Shown here one piece after another: positions 9,397 to 17,811 of a stretch of DNA of 64,000 nucleotides; position 1 is the first letter of the stretch; each line of letters begins with the position of its first letter. The notes under the pieces were generated by a model. It was not told the origin of the DNA. It searched no databases and saw only the letters and a program-made list of their open reading frames with translations. Where the stretch lies: positions 2,489 through 66,488 of the IMG/VR virus record IMGVR_UViG_3300032318_001123, one strand, 5' to 3'. Origin of the DNA: a virus. Taxonomy: Duplodnaviria; Caudoviricetes. The position numbers and the translations under genes were made by a program.

Positions 9397-11151
9397 ATGG
9401 AGACTGCAGCCGTAGACTTTGAGACTTTCTACAATGAAGAAGTAGGAGTCGAAACACTGGGCGTGTGGCATTACTGCCGACATCCCGAATTTGAGGCTTA
9501 TCTTGTAACGATAGCCACCACAACTGGGGTCGAGTACTGTGGACACCCAGAAAATTTTGACTGGTCTAGTATCTCTGGACCGAACTGGCGATGGGTTAGC
9601 CACAACAGGTCGTTTGACCAGCCAGTATACGAGAGCTTGGTCGAGTCCGACAAAGTTCCGCACCACTTCCCCGCTGTCTGGGAATGTACCGCTGATCTTT
9701 CCGCCTTTCTCGGCGCGCCACGAAATTTGAAAAATGCCTCGGCAGGACTGCTGAAGGTCGAGGTGTCCAAGGATACCCGCAACAAGATGAAGGGGCGCAA
9801 GTGGGCCGATATGGATCCTGAGTTCCGCAAGGAGGTCGAGGAGTACGCGATCAAAGACGCCGAACTCTGTCTGGATATCTGGGTGAAGTACGGAGACCAG
9901 TGGCCCGAATACGAACGCTGGCTGTCCCGTGAGACAACGCGCATGGGGCTCCAAGGCGTGCCGCTCAACAAGACGGTGATCAATGACCGTATCGAACACC
10001 TCAAGGTGCTCCTGTGGGAAGCTAGGATCAAGCTGCCGTGGGTCGAGGACGATCGTCCGACACTATCAGCCTTGGCCCTTGCCGAAGAATGTCACAAGGT
10101 AGGCATTACCCCACCAGCCTCACTAGCCGAAGACAGTCCGGAGTGCGAGGCTTGGGAGAAAGAGCACGGCGATAAATACCCATGGGTCGCGGCGATGCGC
10201 CAGTATCGCAAGTGCAACATCCTGCTGAAGAAGCTGGAGACGATGCGCAAGCGTCTACGGCCTGATGGTTGGATGGCTTACGGGCTCAAGTACTTCGGAG
10301 CTACCACGGGCAGGGACTCAGGGGACGCTGGGCTCAATATGCAGAATCTCCAACGTGCCGAAAGCTACGGGGTGGACATTCGAGGACTAATTCAAGCCCC
10401 GGAAGGCTATTCTTTGGTCATTTCCGACCTGTCCCAGATCGAACCGCGTTGCCTTTCATGGCTAGCGGGTGACCAAGATATGTTGGATTTTATAGCCAAA
10501 AGCACCGATTTATACGAGGCGCAGGCCCGTGCTTGGGGGTTCTGGGATAAACCGGAGTCGCTGCGTGAAGATAAGACCGGAATCCGACACTTGGTCAAAC
10601 AACTCAACTTGGGGCTCGGCTACGGCATGGGGGTCAAGCGGTTTTGCGAAGTGACGGGACTGGAACCAGCGCGTGCGGGAGAGTTGGTCGCGCTGTACCG
10701 CAGGAAAAATCCGAAAGTTCTGGCCCTGTGGAAAAAGCTGGAGAACAATCTCCGCATGTCGGTCACGCGAAATGACGAGAAGTACGAGATAGAGTTACCG
10801 AGCGGGAGGAAATTGTCCTATTTGGAGCCGAATAACAACGAAGGACACCTGAGCGGGAAGATTGTGCGTGGCGGGAAATACGTCCGGATGAAGTGGTGGG
10901 GCGGTTCTTTGGCTGAAAACCTCACTCAGGCGATGGCCAGAGACTGTTTTATGGCAGCGGTCAAACGTATCCGCGAGGCAGGGATTCCTGTTATCATGCG
11001 CGTCCACGACGAAGTGGTCTGCTGCGTCAAGAGCAGCGAGGCTGACGTGGCCAAGAATACAATCGAAGCCATCATGCGAAAGCCGCCAGAGTGGGCGGGT
11101 AATCTTCCGCTGGCGTGTGAAACCAAGATTACTGGGAGGTACGAGAAGTGA
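9397..11151 (+). CDS. polA: DNA polymerase family A with 3'-5' exonuclease
   Basis: Exo I DFET; motif A SDLSQIEPR; motif B RHLVKQLNLGLGYG; motif C VHDE. Confidence 0.92.
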   Translation: METAAVDFETFYNEEVGVETLGVWHYCRHPEFEAYLVTIATTTGVEYCGHPENFDWSSISGPNWRWVSHNRSFDQPVYESLVESDKVPHHFPAVWECTADLSAFLGAPRNLKNASAGLLKVEVSKDTRNKMKGRKWADMDPEFRKEVEEYAIKDAELCLDIWVKYGDQWPEYERWLSRETTRMGLQGVPLNKTVINDRIEHLKVLLWEARIKLPWVEDDRPTLSALALAEECHKVGITPPASLAEDSPECEAWEKEHGDKYPWVAAMRQYRKCNILLKKLETMRKRLRPDGWMAYGLKYFGATTGRDSGDAGLNMQNLQRAESYGVDIRGLIQAPEGYSLVISDLSQIEPRCLSWLAGDQDMLDFIAKSTDLYEAQARAWGFWDKPESLREDKTGIRHLVKQLNLGLGYGMGVKRFCEVTGLEPARAGELVALYRRKNPKVLALWKKLENNLRMSVTRNDEKYEIELPSGRKLSYLEPNNNEGHLSGKIVRGGKYVRMKWWGGSLAENLTQAMARDCFMAAVKRIREAGIPVIMRVHDEVVCCVKSSEADVAKNTIEAIMRKPPEWAGNLPLACETKITGRYEK

Positions 11152-11348
11152 TCGCGGTAGCCGATTCAATTTCTCCAACAGATTGCCACGTACATTTCCA
11201 CAGAAGCATGGGCGCACGCATCATGTGGGCAATCCGAAATATGGAGTACAACACAGAGAATTTCCACAACTTCGAATGGAGGGACTACGACCCTGATTCG
11301 GTGGAGTGGGCCATAAACTATGAAACACCATACGCAACCAACGAATAA
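11148..11348 (+). CDS. Hypothetical protein
   Basis: GTGA overlap with polA stop; in operon. Confidence 0.5.
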   Translation: MIAVADSISPTDCHVHFHRSMGARIMWAIRNMEYNTENFHNFEWRDYDPDSVEWAINYETPYATNE

Positions 11349-11688
11349 TATGTATACCTACAACAAATCAAAGAAACCAGAGAAACCAAACTTTGACCAA
11401 ATAGCTAGCCAGCTTGGTATTGAAACCAAACTCGGACTAGAGTGCTTCAAGTCTCTCTGCGAGGCGGCGATCCTCCTCGACCGCAAAAACAAAGACTACG
11501 GTCCCGGAAACATCTCGGCTTTTGGTGAGAAGGGCGTGATTGTCCGACTCAACGACAAGATCGAACGTCTCAAGACTCTGGTCTGGAATGACCGCGCACC
11601 GGAGCACGAGAAGGTCTCGGACACTTGGCTCGACGTGACCAACTACGGGATCATCGGGCTCCTCTGCCACAGGGGTGAATGGAAATAA
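11320..11688 (+). CDS. DUF1599-like (nucleotide-modification associated, all-alpha NTP pyrophosphatase-like) protein
   Basis: KNKDYG..NI..FG..GV.VR..DKIER ... DTW.D..NYGII pattern. Confidence 0.7.
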   Translation: MKHHTQPTNNMYTYNKSKKPEKPNFDQIASQLGIETKLGLECFKSLCEAAILLDRKNKDYGPGNISAFGEKGVIVRLNDKIERLKTLVWNDRAPEHEKVSDTWLDVTNYGIIGLLCHRGEWK

Positions 11689-11905
11689 CATACGAATGAC
11701 TGCTAAAAACACACAAAATATGACACCTAATTCGATTGAAGTATTTGAAAGACTGAGCGGATGGACCCGGAAATCCAAGTATCCGGATGACAATATATCC
11801 TTGGATAGAGATGGGGTAATGTGGATGCGTGGGGAAGATGATCTGACGCAGAGACTAGAACACATGGAACTCGATGGGGAGACCTACGTGAGACTACCCG
11901 TATGA
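11675..11905 (+). CDS. Hypothetical protein
   Basis: ATGA overlap with primase start; own start uncertain. Confidence 0.5.
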   Translation: MNGNNIRMTAKNTQNMTPNSIEVFERLSGWTRKSKYPDDNISLDRDGVMWMRGEDDLTQRLEHMELDGETYVRLPV

Positions 11906-14055
11906 AAACATTCTACGCAAAGAACCTATCCTCGTCGGACGTAGCTCCGATGCCATGCGATCCATGGGTAGTCACCTCGTCTGGATATCCAACGAACGTG
12001 GCGACCAAGGATGACTACGAGAAGTGGGTGCGCGACAAGGTCACCGATCACTGCTTCTATACGGCAGCGGAAGGCATCAACCCGCACAAGCGCATCTCTC
12101 TGGAGAACCCCGCGAAGTGGCTACACGGGCTGGTCGCCGACTACGATGCCAAGCTGGACTCGAACTTCAACATACAAGATATGCTTGGACGTTGCGATCC
12201 GGACGCGCTGCCTGCTGCAATCAGTCGTACGTTCAGCGGCAATGCCCGTGTGGTCTGGGAGTTCGACAGCCCGGTCATGGTGGACTGCCCCGAGATGAAC
12301 AAACTCCTGATGAAGGAGATCGCTAAGAAGTTCAAGCTGGGCAACGTGCTTCCGGGAATCGACGAGTGTACGTTTCGACTGAACCAGTTGTTCGAGATCG
12401 GACATGGATGGATGCAAGTCCCCGGATCACCGACCGTTTCGGACACGGTGCTCGGAGACCTCATCGTGAAGGCGAGCAGCAAGGTGGACTGGAACAAAGT
12501 CGCGGGGAGCGATCTGGAAATTCCGATTGATCGTGTAGCCGCCGAAGTCGAGGCACGATGGCCCGGAGCGTGGCCGGGAGACTTTGTGGTAGGTGCCCGT
12601 GGCCCGACATTCTGGCTCAATGACGGCATCACCCGCATCGGGTGTCAAGTGGCCGAAGCTGGGATCATCTGCTATACGGATCGCGCAGGAAAATCGTTCA
12701 TGACTTGGGGCGACCTGCTGGGGAAACAGTTCGTCGACCAGTACAGGCAGGAGGTTATCGGCAAAGCCGTCATGGAGTACTTCTACGATGGCAAGGCCTA
12801 CTGGTTTAAAAACGGACACAATCGCTGGTACGATGCAAAAGTGGAGAACGTGGCCCGAAGTCTCAGGGTTCATGGGATCAAGACGGAGTCCAAGAAAGGC
12901 GCGTCCCAGATGGATCGAGTACTTCACGCGATCGAAACCCAGCGGAGGGTGGATGCAGCCGCGCCTATACTATTCGATAAGCGCGAGATCGTTGACATCG
13001 GCAACACAAGGATCCTCAATATCAACTACCGGACGGCCATCGCTCCCGCAGAAAACGGCGACGAGGCGAACTGGAAGTGGATTCGCGAATGGATCTGGAC
13101 GTGTTTCGGGGATGAACAACTCCCGTATTGGCTGGCCTACTGGAAGCGGAAGTACAAAGCTGCCCTAGAATTTGAGCCAGTCCAAAGTCAGTTGATCGTT
13201 ATCGCTGGTGACGCGGGACAGGGTAAAACACTGTTTAACCGCAAGATAATGGGTGACAGCCTTGGCGGATGGGCTGACGCAGCACCATATCTGCAGGGTA
13301 AGACCAGCTTCAATAAGACAGTAGCCGAACACCCACACTGGGTGGTGGACGATCCGCAGTCGGCAATCGACCCAGATAAGCACCGCCAGTTCTCGGAGTC
13401 ACTGAAGTCGCACGTGGCCAACCCCACGGTGATCTACCACCCGAAGTTCAAGGATGCTACAGAGTTGCCGTGGACTGGATGCATGTGCCTGACTCTGAAC
13501 ACTGACGCGCACTCATTGTCAGTGCTGCCGACCTTGGACAACAACATCCTCGATAAAATAATGTTGTTTCAGTTCCAACCGTACCAGCACAAGTTTTCCT
13601 CCAACAAAGAGAACGAGGAGATCATCAAGCGGGAATTGCCGCACTTCTTGCGGTGGTTGCTCGACTATTCACCGCAAGCCCACGTCCTGTGGTCAGAGAA
13701 TCCAAGGTTCGGAGTTCGTCCATACCACCACCCAAGGATGATCGAATCCGCGAACGAGGACTCTGCAGCTACCAAGCTTGAGGAGATCCTAGATCGGTGG
13801 GCCAGCAGCATGCGCCGCGATGACAAGACCAAGAAGGAGTGGAAGGGCACGGCAACCGACCTGTTCTCCAGCGTCATGGGGATCGATGAGGGGATGCTCA
13901 AGCCATTGCTTTCGCGGTATACGCCCGTAAGACTTGGCCGCGAACTGCGCATGCTCTCAAATCGTCCATCAAGTAGGGTCTTGCGTCATGTATCACACCA
14001 TGGTAAAACTTGGTATGTAATTGCAGTCGAAGAAACCTTTACGAAGAAAAAATAA
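11902..14055 (+). CDS. Primase-helicase (AEP-like N-terminus, SF3/DUF5906-like C-terminus)
   Basis: VADYD acidic motif; P-loop IAGDAGQGKT; WVVDD Walker B; LTLN sensor. Confidence 0.75.
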   Translation: MKTFYAKNLSSSDVAPMPCDPWVVTSSGYPTNVATKDDYEKWVRDKVTDHCFYTAAEGINPHKRISLENPAKWLHGLVADYDAKLDSNFNIQDMLGRCDPDALPAAISRTFSGNARVVWEFDSPVMVDCPEMNKLLMKEIAKKFKLGNVLPGIDECTFRLNQLFEIGHGWMQVPGSPTVSDTVLGDLIVKASSKVDWNKVAGSDLEIPIDRVAAEVEARWPGAWPGDFVVGARGPTFWLNDGITRIGCQVAEAGIICYTDRAGKSFMTWGDLLGKQFVDQYRQEVIGKAVMEYFYDGKAYWFKNGHNRWYDAKVENVARSLRVHGIKTESKKGASQMDRVLHAIETQRRVDAAAPILFDKREIVDIGNTRILNINYRTAIAPAENGDEANWKWIREWIWTCFGDEQLPYWLAYWKRKYKAALEFEPVQSQLIVIAGDAGQGKTLFNRKIMGDSLGGWADAAPYLQGKTSFNKTVAEHPHWVVDDPQSAIDPDKHRQFSESLKSHVANPTVIYHPKFKDATELPWTGCMCLTLNTDAHSLSVLPTLDNNILDKIMLFQFQPYQHKFSSNKENEEIIKRELPHFLRWLLDYSPQAHVLWSENPRFGVRPYHHPRMIESANEDSAATKLEEILDRWASSMRRDDKTKKEWKGTATDLFSSVMGIDEGMLKPLLSRYTPVRLGRELRMLSNRPSSRVLRHVSHHGKTWYVIAVEETFTKKK

Positions 14056-14080
14056 CTATTTTTCCTTTTAAAAATAATCT

Positions 14081-14160
14081 AGCTCCCGCCGTAAGCTCGC
14101 TGACCTCCCCACATTCTTGTTTGGGAGTGTGGGGTTTATTCTTACGGCGGGAGTTTTTTT
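14081..14160 (+). terminator. Intrinsic terminator of replication operon (nested double stem)
   Basis: CTCCCGCCGTAAG / CTTACGGCGGGAG (13 bp) enclosing CCCCACATTC / GAGTGTGGGG, then T7. Confidence 0.8.
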
Positions 14161-14161
14161 C

Positions 14162-14189
14162 TTTACGTGTACGTGGTGTTTAGTATAGT
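14162..14189 (+). promoter_or_regulatory. sigma70-like promoter
   Basis: TTTACG-N16-TATAGT immediately after terminator, 8 nt before ATG 14198. Confidence 0.6.
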
Positions 14190-14197
14190 GCGCGTAT

Positions 14198-14614
14198 ATG
14201 GACAAACTCAAACAAGCCCGAAAATTCTTCGATGCAATGGACAAGCCTTTGGATCAACAGAACTACAAGGGCGGTATGACAGAGTCAAAGACCGAAGTTT
14301 CGCGAGGGAGCGCGGGTAGGCAGTCAGCCGAACAACAACGGAAACGTGAGCGGGAGTACAAACAGGAAATGCGTAAATTCCTTGAGAATAGACCAGCAGA
14401 AAAACCGAGATACGATTACGGTATCAAGAAACTCCCGGTAAAAGCAGTACCCTATGGGGAGATGCGCATGCCGTCCGAGAAACAAATGATTGCGGAAGGA
14501 CGTATGGACTTGGCCAATTCGAAGGATGCGGGTCGTGTTAAACAACAGCCTAAGAACTACATGAGCGTGGAGAACATGAAACGTGTTAAACAAAGTCTTA
14601 GTAAAATAAAATAG
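14198..14614 (+). CDS. Hypothetical highly charged protein
   Basis: ORF after promoter; K/R/E/M-rich. Confidence 0.7.
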   Translation: MDKLKQARKFFDAMDKPLDQQNYKGGMTESKTEVSRGSAGRQSAEQQRKREREYKQEMRKFLENRPAEKPRYDYGIKKLPVKAVPYGEMRMPSEKQMIAEGRMDLANSKDAGRVKQQPKNYMSVENMKRVKQSLSKIK

Positions 14615-14628
14615 GAGGGAATAATATT

Positions 14629-14883
14629 ATGCCGCTAGGAAGTAAAGGTTACGGAACATATAAATGGGATTCTGCTAAGGGAGACTGGGTAAAAAAAATA
14701 CCACAGTCGGGTATCATAACTGAAAGAAGCAAACTGGCTGCAGAAAATGAGCGAGTAGGTGATGAAGAGGAAATTGCAAGGTTGAATAGGAAGACTTCTC
14801 TGCTGCAAGCGAAACAAGCGTGGGAAGAAGCGTACAAGAAGCAGTATGAACTCGCCAATACAGGGTCCCAAAAGATGGCCTAA
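14629..14883 (+). CDS. Hypothetical protein
   Basis: AGGAGG RBS; coiled-coil-like C-terminus. Confidence 0.7.
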   Translation: MPLGSKGYGTYKWDSAKGDWVKKIPQSGIITERSKLAAENERVGDEEEIARLNRKTSLLQAKQAWEEAYKKQYELANTGSQKMA

Positions 14884-14929
14884 TCCTAGTGCTTAGGAAA
14901 GAACTCGATTTACTTGACTACTGAGATAA

Positions 14930-15355
14930 ATGGCTTCGAATTACAGCAACGATAGGGCCGAGTGGCGCAAAGCCAATCCCGGAGTCAACAAGACCCAGAG
15001 ATCGTGGAGCAACTACGAGGGGGACAGGCCCCAGAGCGGTTGGGCGGGTACGGATATGTATAGAAATTCCGAGCGTTGGGGTCCGGGGGGTAGGAGTTTG
15101 TCGAAGAAAGACGAAGACACAAAAGAAAGCGATGGGGAACCCAAACCGGAGGAGTCCTCTAAACCTAAAACGAAGGATCGGGGTGCCGCCAGAATGCTGC
15201 CGCCCGGATACACGATGGACGAAAAGGGCCGCGTTAAAAATTCCGCAGGGTATACCCAACCGGACAACTGGTACACCACCGACACCAAAACGGGCCTCAA
15301 GAGGCTTAAGACCTCCTCCGAAATGGGCATGTATGACGGCGGTAAGCTTTACTAA
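14930..15355 (+). CDS. Hypothetical hydrophilic protein
   Basis: Third ORF of the same unit. Confidence 0.65.
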   Translation: MASNYSNDRAEWRKANPGVNKTQRSWSNYEGDRPQSGWAGTDMYRNSERWGPGGRSLSKKDEDTKESDGEPKPEESSKPKTKDRGAARMLPPGYTMDEKGRVKNSAGYTQPDNWYTTDTKTGLKRLKTSSEMGMYDGGKLY

Positions 15356-15447
15356 GTAAACTTTGACGGGGTGCCCGGACCAGCGTTTGGCGGCTAAAAT
15401 TGAGAGTGAGTTATTAGTATTATTTGTATCCAAAATCCCGGAGGAGT

Positions 15448-15839
15448 GGGTAGGGGTGAACCCTTGGTCCCTAAGTCCATGGAATCCAAGGAGATACGAC
15501 GATTGGGTAGGGGTGGGTAGGGGTGAGGGTAGGGGTGAAACTTTTTGCGTAAGTCTCTGTAGCCCAAAGGGTTAACCCCGATTGGGTAGGGGATGTAGGG
15601 CTTTTTTTTAAAACCGTGGGGTTTTGCGGCGGTTTTTCGGCCCGAGGGGATTCCGGCGATACATATATATATATACTTTTTCTTCAATCAATTTAAAAAA
15701 GCCCTACATCCCCTACCCAACCCCAGTTAAGTATATTGAAAATCAAGCACTTAAGGTGGGTAGGGGTGGAATTTTTCGGAGTTTCCACCCCTACCCTTTC
15801 TCTGTAGGTGGGTAGGGGTGACTTTTTCCTCCCCTACCC
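15448..15839. repeat. Cluster of ten GGGTAGGGG repeats with 26-bp inverted repeat around an AT-rich core (candidate replication origin)
   Basis: Plus copies at 15448, 15505, 15515, 15527, 15584, 15758, 15810; minus copies at 15710, 15788, 15831; perfect IR 15582-15607 / 15695-15720. Confidence 0.85.
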
Positions 15840-16170
15840 AATGTGATAACGAACCCTTGGATCCTTGATTCCATGGGTAAATGTAAAGTCTGGGGTTTGA
15901 TTAACGCTGAATTGAGTACTGAATTGCAAATAGTTCAAGCCAGACTTTAACTATTCACGAATCAGTATGCGTTCGTCATTCGCGAATAACGAATACACGG
16001 CACTATTTGTGACAGATGTACCCTTCATACGACACTACACTGGCCTAGTGTAGCGTATGTATCACTTAACGATACTTCCCTCCGGACCACCTACCTTTGA
16101 TTCTTTGGCCCCTAGGAGGCGTTTTCAAGGGATCAGGGGTTGGTTGTACCCCTGACCCCATGAAACGTGT

Positions 16171-16317
16171 TTACATTGGTTCCTTGGACCAAAGGTTCCG
16201 GAACCAGTGGAACAATTCGAGGCATGTGACTGCGACATGCTTCAGATCGTCCCTCTGTATGAATCCGACCCCTCCGTAGGGTCCATAGACGATACCCGAC
16301 TGTAGTGTATACCACAT
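16171..16317 (-). CDS. 48-aa micro-protein (MWYTLQSGIVYGPYGG...)
   Basis: Not in ORF track; perfect AAGGAGGTGA RBS and dedicated promoter. Confidence 0.6.
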   Translation of the reverse strand: MWYTLQSGIVYGPYGGVGFIQRDDLKHVAVTCLELFHWFRNLWSKEPM

Positions 16318-16347
16318 ATCAGATCACCTCCTTTCTATCGGGCCGGG

Positions 16348-16375
16348 ATTGTAGCGGGTCTGGGAGCAAAGTCAA
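16348..16375 (-). promoter_or_regulatory. sigma70-like promoter
   Basis: TTGACT-N16-TACAAT on minus strand. Confidence 0.65.
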
Positions 16376-16857
16376 AAAACCAAAAAATTTTTTCTCAGAG
16401 GGTATATATAAAGAATTTTCCGGGAAGAAAGGGGTGATAGACCCACCCGCGTGGTGGGGTCGCTGCAAGTTCTGTTCGCAGTAGAGTTGGTGTTCCCGGC
16501 CTTGTGCTCATCGGCGCGTTTTTTCTGGAGTCGCTGCTGCTGTCCATCGGTGTGTATTGTGAAGCCACAAGCTTCCCGCTCAAGCGGTTGTTCTGGTTGG
16601 AAATAAAATTCGGTCGGTCGGTGATCTTGGTCACTGGCACGCGCCGATCTGCTGCGTCAAAAGCGAAGCTATCGACTAAGCTCTCCTCTGCTCGTGAGGG
16701 GCGGGCAAGTAATCGATCCTTGGGCGGTGCTCTTCGGGGCATACAGGGGAAAGATGGACAGGATAGACTGAGAGGCAAGGTGGTTCGGATGGCGTGTCTA
16801 TGGCTCGGGCATTTGATACGATGATGCGATGTAGGGCGGGGCCAAGTGACCCCAATA

Positions 16858-17270
16858 CTCATGCCGAGAAAAGGGCATGGGTTCCAGAGCCTGTAAATCT
16901 GGAAAAGGTAGCGGATTGATTTCTGCCGTGACCCTTAGACGCGATGACAAGCTGCAGCGATGGAAATGCCATTTCCTACGCCGTGACCACTGAGACTTGT
17001 CAACGTCCAGCGCGCAAGGACAGCGCGAAGGGAACCAAAACCCTAATGAAAACCAATCGAAACTCTAACCCTCGGAAGTCAGCGGTATGCTGATCTTCTT
17101 AAGATCATGGTCGATAACTCTGCACCCTACATAGTGCGTAATGCGACCATGATTCAGAGGCTCACCTAGTCCATCTAATCAATGGGCTAGGTGTAATCTG
17201 CAAGACTCCGAACCGCCTCCGCTTTGCGGTGCGCGACCCTCGGGCATCTTGCAGATAAACACCTAGTCAG
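16858..17270 (+). ncRNA. Candidate structured RNA / structured leader, family unknown
   Basis: More than ten stems found by eye, several 7-10 bp (see findings); no credible ORF; strand assumed from downstream gene. Confidence 0.4.
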
Positions 17271-17283
17271 AAAGTTAGATACA

Positions 17284-17766
17284 ATGAATAAAGAAATCGT
17301 TCAGTTCAACGCCAACCGCAACGCCTTGGTCATCCCCTCGGATGTCGAGTGCATACTCAAAACGAGGGCCACTGATGGCAAGACGTTCGACGGCGGCAAC
17401 TTCGCGATCATGACGTTCCGCGCTTTCGCGGAGCAAATGGGCGTGGAGAAACCCGTCAAGGGCGAGGATCGCTCCAAGTGGAATCACACGAAGAGCGTTT
17501 ACAACGAAGCGAAAGACGCGGCCAGCAAGTGGTTCCGCGAGAACATGGGCAAGGCTCTCGCCGATCAGACCCTCGCGGGTCAGAGCATGAGCGTCAAAGT
17601 GTTCCGTAAGAAAGACGGCACGGTTCGTCGCAAGGTGGCTTTCACCTTGGCTGATCCGGTCACGGCCACGAAAGCAACTCCGAAACTCACGCGCTCGCAA
17701 CTCGAAGCTGCTGCCAAGCAACTCGGGTTCGCGCTCGTCGATCAGACAGAGTTGGCTCTGTCCTAA
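17284..17766 (+). CDS. Hypothetical protein, first gene of early region
   Basis: ATG at 17284 (track start 17224 falls inside the structured region). Confidence 0.75.
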   Translation: MNKEIVQFNANRNALVIPSDVECILKTRATDGKTFDGGNFAIMTFRAFAEQMGVEKPVKGEDRSKWNHTKSVYNEAKDAASKWFRENMGKALADQTLAGQSMSVKVFRKKDGTVRRKVAFTLADPVTATKATPKLTRSQLEAAAKQLGFALVDQTELALS

Positions 17767-17783
17767 TAGTTAGGGCGCATACA

Positions 17784-17807
17784 CTGCCCTCCCTTCGGGG
17801 AGGGTAG
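17784..17807 (+). promoter_or_regulatory. 10-bp hairpin with C(UUCG)G tetraloop
   Basis: CTGCCCTCCC-TTCG-GGGAGGGTAG, no U-tract, 4 nt before next ATG. Confidence 0.55.
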
Positions 17808-17811
17808 ACTT

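Noticed and set aside
15394-15815. ORFs across the repeat cluster (15363-15575, 15394-15687, 15624-15815)
   Set aside because: Translations merely reflect the DNA repeats (PYP / GVG runs); no RBS
16395-16862. 155-aa minus-strand and 106-aa plus-strand ORFs
   Set aside because: Non-ATG starts, atypical composition, no motifs; cannot be supported
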